Positions 57,224 to 64,000 of a stretch of 64,000 nt of DNA are shown here, in pieces. This stretch comes from a virus, in IMG/VR virus record IMGVR_UViG_3300037557_000128, positions 1 through 64,000 of that record. The stretch is one strand, 5' to 3'. Under the pieces are notes generated by a model. It saw nothing but the letters and a program-made list of their open reading frames with translations. It searched no databases and was not told where the DNA came from. The first letter of the stretch is position 1. Each line of letters begins with the position of its first letter. A program made the translations under genes and the position numbers.

Positions 57224-57456
57224 TAGATTGTGCCTCCGTCAATTGCCACATTATTGATAGTCTTTGCGGCCGAAGCATTTGCTAAATGGGTATCGACTTT
57301 TCCAGTCGTGAAGTATAAATTTGTGGAACCTTCTGATAAGTCATCTGAGTCTAGTGTTGATAAAGCGGCAGCTGCTAACTTACCTGAACTATCAATTACA
57401 TCAGCTGTTCCTACTTTTAGCCCGTATTCTATAACGAATTTGTTTTGAGTTGCCAT
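57223..57456 (-). CDS. small virion/fibre protein
   Basis: DDLSEGSTNLYFT motif; ends DGGTI. Confidence 0.75.
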   Translation of the reverse strand: MATQNKFVIEYGLKVGTADVIDSSGKLAAAALSTLDSDDLSEGSTNLYFTTGKVDTHLANASAAKTINNVAIDGGTI

Positions 57457-57556
57457 GAAATTTTCCTATTATATGTGGGTTTATTATAAAACTATACCAT
57501 TATTTAGTTAAATATTGTCTTGCCAAACCATGATTAATAAAACTTTCTTAATTATT

Positions 57557-58390
57557 TTATACTGCAATCTCTATTTTCTTAAATTTGAACACTGTAGAAT
57601 TAGTACTTGCAGGTGTTACCCTGAGTCTAAGTGTCCCAATGTTAATATCTACAGTAAATGTTGCAAGAGGAGAAGAACCTGTATGCATTTCTCCGTATTG
57701 AACATGGTATCCTGTAGTTCCATTATGTAAAGTTTGTATTTCGATAACGTGGTATTCACCCGAAGTCGAATCACTTGCTTGAATTTGGTATTTTGTGCTT
57801 CTGTAACTTGCGATTGCCCATGAATCCAAAGTTGCTTGAGACGTTGATGTTGTTGTTAGTGTTCCTTCTGTAAGACCACCTGCATCTCCAAATGATAATG
57901 CACCACTACCATTTGTTTTTATAAATTGTCCATTTGTTCCATCACTGGTTGGAAAGGTTATGGAATTACCTGTAAGACCATTTGTTGCAGTTATTGTTGT
58001 TGCAGTTAAATCACCAACAAGTAAATCTGCAAGAGCATAATTACTTCCACTTAAATCAACTGTAGTTGTGGGTTCTACTTCTAACCCGTCAAATAACTTC
58101 CATGTTGAATCTGTTGCATCTCTGAATAAACCCGTGTATTCAGAAACACCACTTTCACCACTTAAGCCGTCATTATAGTTTCCATAAAAACCAATATCAA
58201 TTAAATCTGCAGAAGTGTTTCCACTCGCAAGTTCCATCATGGAATCCACAACTGAACTTGTTGTAGAATCGATTATTGTTTGTGTACCTTGTACCGTTAG
58301 ATTCCCACCAATTGTAAGATTACCATCAATCTCAGTGTGGGTTAACGATTTAATACCTAAGTCTGCGTAAAATTTGGATTGAGTAGCCAT
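57557..58390 (-). CDS. fibre/virion structural protein
   Basis: DIGFYG.Y, FPTSDGTNGQ..TNGSG; C-terminal YRS.KY...YG...LRL..TPAS domain. Confidence 0.8.
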   Translation of the reverse strand: MATQSKFYADLGIKSLTHTEIDGNLTIGGNLTVQGTQTIIDSTTSSVVDSMMELASGNTSADLIDIGFYGNYNDGLSGESGVSEYTGLFRDATDSTWKLFDGLEVEPTTTVDLSGSNYALADLLVGDLTATTITATNGLTGNSITFPTSDGTNGQFIKTNGSGALSFGDAGGLTEGTLTTTSTSQATLDSWAIASYRSTKYQIQASDSTSGEYHVIEIQTLHNGTTGYHVQYGEMHTGSSPLATFTVDINIGTLRLRVTPASTNSTVFKFKKIEIAV

Positions 58391-58395
58391 AGTAC

Positions 58396-58403
58396 TATTT
58401 ATA
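58396..58403 (-). promoter_or_regulatory. late promoter (leaderless)
   Basis: TATAAATA, then 5 nt, then the ATG. Confidence 0.8.
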
Positions 58404-58418
58404 CTTTAAAAGTATGCA

Positions 58419-58449
58419 GAAAAGAAAAGGGACTCCGAAGAGCCCCTTT
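58419..58449 (-). terminator. Rho-independent terminator
   Basis: GGGGCTC-TTCG-GAGTCCC followed by TTTTCTTTT. Confidence 0.88.
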
Positions 58450-58469
58450 AAATCATGATTTATTGAAGA

Positions 58470-58880
58470 TTAAGCATCTACCAATGTTCTATCAAATTTG
58501 ATGACCGTTGAGGTATTACTCGCAGGCGTGACCAATAAACGAACATTTGAACCACTAATATCAGCATCAATTGTTGCAAGGTTGGTATCTTTTAAAGTAC
58601 CATATGCAGTTAATGTGACTACTGAACCGTCTTGCACCAACATTATTTCAGTTGAGTGAAAGTTTGTACCTTGACTCATTGCAATAATGTATCTTGCAGC
58701 TCGATAATCTGTTTTCGAAAATGTATCTAAACTGAATTGTGCTGTTGACGTTTTAGTTTGGTTACCAACCTTCTTACTTTTAGAGTTAATATGTTTAGTA
58801 GTAGTTATAACATCTGTTGCGACATCAAACTGAATACCACGAATTAACTCAGCGATTTTAAAACTATTTGTCTTAGCCAT
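58470..58880 (-). CDS. virion structural protein (shared C-terminal beta domain)
   Basis: YRAARY...YG...VRLLVTPAS. Confidence 0.75.
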   Translation of the reverse strand: MAKTNSFKIAELIRGIQFDVATDVITTTKHINSKSKKVGNQTKTSTAQFSLDTFSKTDYRAARYIIAMSQGTNFHSTEIMLVQDGSVVTLTAYGTLKDTNLATIDADISGSNVRLLVTPASNTSTVIKFDRTLVDA

Positions 58881-58892
58881 TTGTTAATTCTC

Positions 58893-59714
58893 CTATGTTA
58901 ATCTAATTTGGAAGGTTTTGAATGTTGTATTTGTATTCGCAGGTGTTGTTAGCAATCTCATGTTTCCACTATTGATATCCGAAGATAAAGTAAATAGTGA
59001 AGACGCTGAGTATGCATCACCGTATTGAGTGAAATACGCATTCGTACCGTTGTTTATTAATAATACTTCAGCAGCGTGTGTTCCTGTTGAATGGGTTGCA
59101 GATATGACATATTTAATTGACTTATTTGCTACTCCGTTCGAACTTAACACTTGATTTGCAGTTGTCGCTGTTAGAGCAGAAGTAGTATAATACCCCTGAA
59201 CTAAGTTTGAAACTGAAGTCTGCGCTACAACCTGTACGATGTCTCCTGACACAGCATTTGCTTGTAGTGTAATTACACTAGTTGAAGTTGTGACATAGTC
59301 ACTTCCTGCTACTAGTTTTACACCATTTAAGTAAACTCCTTCCAGTCCAACAGTGTATGCTAAAGTAGCACTGTTGTCATCGGCACCTGAGAACACTGTT
59401 TGTGTCCCAGTACAAGTATAGATAAAGGTTGTTAATCCTGATGAAGCTGCATCAGTAAAACCTATAGTACCTGAACCGTTTGTTGAAAGGATTTGTCCAC
59501 TTGTTCCATCTGCTGTCGGAAACGTTAAGGCATCATTGATAGTAAAAGTTTTAGGATTACTCCCAACTTCCACAATGGCTGCTGAACCGTCATTTTTTTC
59601 AGTGTAAAACCTACCGTGATAGGTATTTACTGCTAACTCACCAAGTGATAAATCACTCGTAGTTGGCAGGGCGTTCTGTGTAGAACTCCTTTTGAATTGA
59701 ATAACTGTTGCCAT
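58893..59714 (-). CDS. fibre protein with an Mtd-N-like N-terminus
   Basis: MATVIQFKRS...LGELAVN, VYLNGVKL..DY, shared C-terminal domain. Confidence 0.8.
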   Translation of the reverse strand: MATVIQFKRSSTQNALPTTSDLSLGELAVNTYHGRFYTEKNDGSAAIVEVGSNPKTFTINDALTFPTADGTSGQILSTNGSGTIGFTDAASSGLTTFIYTCTGTQTVFSGADDNSATLAYTVGLEGVYLNGVKLVAGSDYVTTSTSVITLQANAVSGDIVQVVAQTSVSNLVQGYYTTSALTATTANQVLSSNGVANKSIKYVISATHSTGTHAAEVLLINNGTNAYFTQYGDAYSASSLFTLSSDINSGNMRLLTTPANTNTTFKTFQIRLT

Positions 59715-59738
59715 TTTTGACTCCTATTAATGAGTACC

Positions 59739-61379
59739 TTAGAAAGTACCGCCGTCTAAAGCTGTTATTGCGACTGCACCTGAAGTTACCGTGAAGTTTG
59801 CAGAAGCAAAACTTGCGATACCTTTATTAGCAGTAGTTGCATCCTCTCCTGAAAGAGTAGCAGTACCACCTGAGTACGCAACGTCCATACCTTCTCCAAC
59901 TGCGATAATTACAGAACCTAGATTTGAAGCACTGGATACTTCAGTTGCAATTGTAATTGCACCTGCACCGTTAGTGATGTCGATTCCGTCACCAGCAGTA
60001 AGTGTTGCTTTATCAAAAACTCCACCCGATGTATCACCAATTAGTACCTGTCCGTCTGTAGGAGCTCCACCTGCATAAGATGAGATAGAACCCGTGATTG
60101 CAGCTGAACTGATTTCTAATGCACCAAATACAGCAGGCATCGCTGTTCCTGAGAACACTGATGAAGTATCTGTTGCACTTGTAAGAGCGACAAATTTACC
60201 TGTTGAATCGTCCATACCAAAGAAACCAATTTTAGCACCACTAGAGTTGTACTTAAATTTGATACCTCTGTCTAAGTTATCATCACTTGAATCAGAACCG
60301 ATTTCGAATACTGGGTCTGCGATATTAACTGTAGTAGAGTTAACTGTTGTTGTAGTTCCATTAACTGCCAAGTTACCTGTAACTGTTAAGTTTCCTGAAG
60401 TAGTCAACGTTGCCGTTGTAATATCATCAGTTACCATGTTTCCACTTACTGTTAAGTTTCCACCAACTGTTACGTTGTTAGGTAGACCTACTGTAATAGT
60501 TTGTCCACTTGCACTTGTTTCAATTTCGTTCGCTGTACCAGCGATTGTTAATGATTGAGAGTCTAAATCTACTGCACCTGTTCCTGAATCACCAGCGACA
60601 TCTAAGTCTTCTAGTGTTGCAGTTGCTTGGATTTTGTCCAAGATAGCTGCAGAAGTCATAACGGTTGTATCGTTATCTGCGAATGCTTCACCTGAAGTCT
60701 GAACTAAAGCGCCTGCTAAAGAACCGAATACAACTGCAGAAGCTGCTAATTCGTCAGCACCGACAGCGTCGTCTGCTAACATAGCATTCTCTACTGCACC
60801 AGCAGCGATTGTTAGAACACCAGTGTCTGCCATAGTAGCATCACCTGACATTATATTATCTATCCATTTAGACGTTCCTGTATCGTATAACATCATTGAA
60901 CCGTCAGCTGGTGTTGTTAGATTAGTATCTGTTGCACCTGCGACTGTTGATGTTGTTGATAGGAATGAAAGGGTTCCTGAGCCGTTGGTTCCGATAACTT
61001 GGTTAGCTGAACCATCAGCAGAAGGCAATGTCCAAGTTACACTTGAACCTAAAGTATCAGCAGCTTTTAACGCAACAAAATTTGTTCCGTTATCTGAATC
61101 TTCTAAAAGTTGAAGACTCGCACCTGCAGTTGCACTATTACCAACTTTAAAGTTGGCAGGAGTTGCACTTGAACCAGCAAGCATATCTGTATAATACTTA
61201 CCACCAATCGCTTGGATTAATGGAGTAGAGTTATCAGAATCTACTGACTCAATGTATAGTTTTGCCCCAGCACCACTATTCGACCTATCCTGTACATATG
61301 CTAATTCGCCTTCTGCTAGATTACTCGTAGCTGGCGCACTAGAACCTGTACTTCGTTTGATTTGAATTACTGTTGCCAT
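59739..61379 (-). CDS. tail fibre protein with an Mtd-N-like N-terminus
   Basis: MATVIQIKRS...LAEGELAY, DRGIKF.Y, ends DGGTF. Confidence 0.85.
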   Translation of the reverse strand: MATVIQIKRSTGSSAPATSNLAEGELAYVQDRSNSGAGAKLYIESVDSDNSTPLIQAIGGKYYTDMLAGSSATPANFKVGNSATAGASLQLLEDSDNGTNFVALKAADTLGSSVTWTLPSADGSANQVIGTNGSGTLSFLSTTSTVAGATDTNLTTPADGSMMLYDTGTSKWIDNIMSGDATMADTGVLTIAAGAVENAMLADDAVGADELAASAVVFGSLAGALVQTSGEAFADNDTTVMTSAAILDKIQATATLEDLDVAGDSGTGAVDLDSQSLTIAGTANEIETSASGQTITVGLPNNVTVGGNLTVSGNMVTDDITTATLTTSGNLTVTGNLAVNGTTTTVNSTTVNIADPVFEIGSDSSDDNLDRGIKFKYNSSGAKIGFFGMDDSTGKFVALTSATDTSSVFSGTAMPAVFGALEISSAAITGSISSYAGGAPTDGQVLIGDTSGGVFDKATLTAGDGIDITNGAGAITIATEVSSASNLGSVIIAVGEGMDVAYSGGTATLSGEDATTANKGIASFASANFTVTSGAVAITALDGGTF

Positions 61380-61539
61380 TTTTATATTTCCTATAAAATT
61401 AAATTATTGTTGTGACCTTGCACTATTCAGGTCGTGATTACATTATAAATTTAACAGTCCACTCACTATGTGGGTCGATACCTCACTGGTTGGTATCCTT
61501 GATGTTTGTACTAGTATTTAGACAATTGAAATGCCTACA

Positions 61540-61923
61540 TTAGAATCTTTTGTACCATGCGAAGCCATTATGTGTTACCACAAATGCCTGAGTACCATTC
61601 AACCACTTGAGAGCTTTCTCTCTATCAACATCATCTCTATCTAACAGATTGTAGATAATTGCATTGCCCACGAGTTTAAGAGCAATTAGATCATGCTTCT
61701 CAGGTCTTTTACCTAATATTGGATTCTTTTCTACGAGTGGACAGTGTGGTCGTTTCTGACAATCTATCATTCTTATTGTCTGAATTGTGTCGATTGTAGA
61801 TAAGGCTATATAAGAATGCCAAAGCTTTCTTTCTTTTTCAGTCCAGTCTTTTGATTTTGCGTTTAAAGGTTCGCAGCTACCAGCTGCAGACACAAGAAGC
61901 AATATTGTAAATATCCATTTCAC
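61540..61923 (-). CDS. secreted/membrane hypothetical protein
   Basis: Signal peptide; D..QT...E.NPILG..P. Confidence 0.7.
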   Translation of the reverse strand: MKWIFTILLLVSAAGSCEPLNAKSKDWTEKERKLWHSYIALSTIDTIQTIRMIDCQKRPHCPLVEKNPILGKRPEKHDLIALKLVGNAIIYNLLDRDDVDREKALKWLNGTQAFVVTHNGFAWYKRF

Positions 61924-61939
61924 TCATTTTCTTCCTATC

Positions 61940-62182
61940 TTAAAAAGTACCGCCGTCAAGGTTAGTAGTGGTTTCCCACTTATCAGTTGTTGCATTATAT
62001 GTCAAAAGTCCGTCATCTGTTTCAGAAGCGTTTACATCTGCTAACTCCTGAATAGATTTCGCAGCTAAACTAACAGTCGTATTTGCGTTACCAATTGCGA
62101 CTTGTTTTGCACGAACATTTCCTGCCCCAACAACGTTTCCGCCTATAGTTGCGACTCTACTTAATGTTCCTTTAATTGCCAT
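61940..62182 (-). CDS. small virion protein
   Basis: LADV...DG..L.YN...KW; ends DGGTF. Confidence 0.75.
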   Translation of the reverse strand: MAIKGTLSRVATIGGNVVGAGNVRAKQVAIGNANTTVSLAAKSIQELADVNASETDDGLLTYNATTDKWETTTNLDGGTF

Positions 62183-62186
62183 AATA

Positions 62187-62525
62187 TTACCTCGTTACGC
62201 CTGGTGTTACAATTGCTTGTCCCTCTACTACTCTAGTAGATATACTTGAAGCGTCTGTTACTATCAAGTCATATACATATCTGCCTGGCGATAATGCCTT
62301 AGTTATTGTATCTGTTAAGGACAAAGTTACCTGACCATCTGTTGTTGGATTTGATATAGCTGTGGTGAAAGTTGCACTAAGTGTTGAAGACTCATAGGTC
62401 TTTCTTATTTGTGCAGCCGCAGTATATCCCGCTAAATTTAACTGATTACCATTTACATCAGATACATCTACAGTTATTGAGAAATCTGCGCCTTGGTCTA
62501 TAAAAATATTTGCAATAATGGCCAT
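62187..62525 (-). CDS. virion structural protein (BppU-N-like)
   Basis: IDQGADF, L.GYT..AQIRK, GRYVYD, RVVEG...VTPGVT. Confidence 0.85.
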   Translation of the reverse strand: MAIIANIFIDQGADFSITVDVSDVNGNQLNLAGYTAAAQIRKTYESSTLSATFTTAISNPTTDGQVTLSLTDTITKALSPGRYVYDLIVTDASSISTRVVEGQAIVTPGVTR

Positions 62526-62543
62526 ATTACTATTTAGTCCAAA

Positions 62544-63260
62544 TTATGTTTGATACTGTGCCGAAGGAACAGATTGGTGAATTTGTTTTACAGTAGGTGT
62601 TCCATCGTTCACATAAACTTTATCCAACTTCCTTAAAGTTCCACCATCATTCACGAATACCCCTTTAACTTTTGCAAGAGGCCCAATAGTTCTAGTTGTT
62701 GGATAAGTTACCTGATATGCATACGGTTGTTGGAATGTGTACTGTGTCGTATAGGGAACCTGATAAATGTTTGGTTGTCTTGCTTGTGCGATATAAGGTT
62801 GTTGTCCACTTACAGGACTTCTATAAGTTGCAGGCTGTCTGTTTTGATATGTAAACGGAGTCTGACTATTTACAGGACTTCTATAAGTTCCAGGCTGTCT
62901 TGACTGATATGTTCCAGGCTGTCTTGCCTGTGCAATATATGGATACGTTACTTGCCCTTGTCTAGAATATGTAAATGGTAATCGTCCCTGTCTTACATAT
63001 ATGCCTGGCTGTCTCGCTTGACCAATAGACGGTTGTTGTCCAGCTACAGGACTTCTATAAGTTCCAGGCTGCCTTGCTTGTGCGATATAAGGTGTCTGAC
63101 TATTTACAGGACTTCTATAAGTTCCAGGCTGTCTCGCATTACCAATAGACGGTTGTTGACCACTTACAGGGTTTCTGTAAGTGTTAGGTTGTCTCGCATT
63201 ACCAATAGAAGGTTGCTGTCCAATTGCAGGGTATGGATATGGTTGTTGTCCTATAGGCAT
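62544..63260 (-). CDS. Pro/Tyr/Gln/Arg repeat protein C
   Basis: ARQPGTYRSPV..QQP repeats; C-terminal VFVNDGG.LRK...VYVND motif. Confidence 0.85.
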   Translation of the reverse strand: MPIGQQPYPYPAIGQQPSIGNARQPNTYRNPVSGQQPSIGNARQPGTYRSPVNSQTPYIAQARQPGTYRSPVAGQQPSIGQARQPGIYVRQGRLPFTYSRQGQVTYPYIAQARQPGTYQSRQPGTYRSPVNSQTPFTYQNRQPATYRSPVSGQQPYIAQARQPNIYQVPYTTQYTFQQPYAYQVTYPTTRTIGPLAKVKGVFVNDGGTLRKLDKVYVNDGTPTVKQIHQSVPSAQYQT

Positions 63261-64000
63261 TACGCTACCCCCAAATAGTCTACTTGTTTTGCTTGTTTGA
63301 CTTCATATTTATAGTTATTACTCCAATTATTTGGGTGCGACTCTTTTAAACTCTTAATATGATTTTTCGGGAATACATAACATACGTCCATGTTCCAAGC
63401 TATAATACTTTTACGTTCATTCGTTTCCATTTTAGGGGCACGGTGTAATAACCAAGAAGGGAATATAAGCATATCTCCTTCCTCAGCTTTAGGTTGTATA
63501 ATTTCTTGCGTTTCAGGATTCAAAAATTCTGTAATATACTTTTGATTTGGTACTTCTATAAAATATACTGCTGACCATTGACACCATTGATGATTATCCC
63601 AACTGATATAATCTGATTGAAACATTTGGTGATACCACATATGCATAATATTAAATTTATATTCTAAACCAGTAATTTCTGGCTGTATATGAAACCTTGC
63701 GTGGTCATGAAATTTATTCTCTACAGCATCTAAGAACATTTTCTTATATTCTATATGAGGATACCCCTTTACATTCATATCCCATTCATCAATATCTCCA
63801 CTACCACCAGTATAATCATTAATTGAGTCTTGGTATTGCCAACCTGTTGGTAAGATAGGGGAAGAAGGGTGGTTATGCCCATCAAATTTAGTAATTCCTA
63901 AATTATAATCTTGATTACCAATTTGAGTAGGTAAAGCGTCAAAGAAATCTAAAAGACTCTTATTAAGTTCTTTATGATTATCAATCGTATATTTGTATAT
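63260..64000 (-). CDS. 2OG-Fe(II) oxygenase-like protein (5' end beyond the window)
   Basis: Frame stays open from 63778 to 64000; W...WDNH..WSAVYF...EGD.LIFPSWL.HR...RKSIIAWN. Confidence 0.8.
   Translation of the reverse strand: MYKYTIDNHKELNKSLLDFFDALPTQIGNQDYNLGITKFDGHNHPSSPILPTGWQYQDSINDYTGGSGDIDEWDMNVKGYPHIEYKKMFLDAVENKFHDHARFHIQPEITGLEYKFNIMHMWYHQMFQSDYISWDNHQWCQWSAVYFIEVPNQKYITEFLNPETQEIIQPKAEEGDMLIFPSWLLHRAPKMETNERKSIIAWNMDVCYVFPKNHIKSLKESHPNNWSNNYKYEVKQAKQVDYLGVA

Noticed and set aside
55485-61113. Plus-strand Val/Pro/Ala-rich ORFs opposite the fibre genes
   Set aside because: Antisense artefacts of Gly/Thr/Ser-rich coding sequence.
1-64000. tRNA genes, introns or stop-codon recoding
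   Set aside because: No cloverleaf was recognised in the intergenic gaps. Core genes are uninterrupted and of expected length in the standard code.

Overview
AT-rich 64-kb segment of a T4-like myovirus of the marine type. The host is probably a Gram-negative heterotroph; no photosynthesis genes are present in the window. Almost everything is on the minus strand. In transcription order (right to left): a tail-fibre/adhesin region with three unusual Pro/Tyr/Gln/Arg repeat proteins, one ending in a Hint domain. Next comes a cluster of modifying enzymes (ParB-like/glycosyltransferase fusion, 2OG-Fe(II) oxygenases, a PurD-like ATP-grasp protein). Then the core virion module (gp13, 14, acyl carrier protein, 15-23), gp3/UvsY/UvsW, gp55/47/46, deformylase, an early CobT/CobS-like pair and gp45/44/62/regA. 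After that: a curli-type CsgF/CsgG/curlin + FecR + CHASE2 adenylate cyclase operon, hsp20 with a long structured leader, peroxiredoxin, a methyltransferase/GNAT-like cluster, lysozyme and the 5' part of DNA polymerase gp43. Best candidates for undescribed biology: (1) the repeat adhesin/Hint protein with its modification enzymes; (2) the curli-FecR-cyclase trans-envelope signalling operon; (3) recurrent leaderless promoter architecture and several structured non-coding leaders. All assignments come from motif recognition by eye; no database searches were run.
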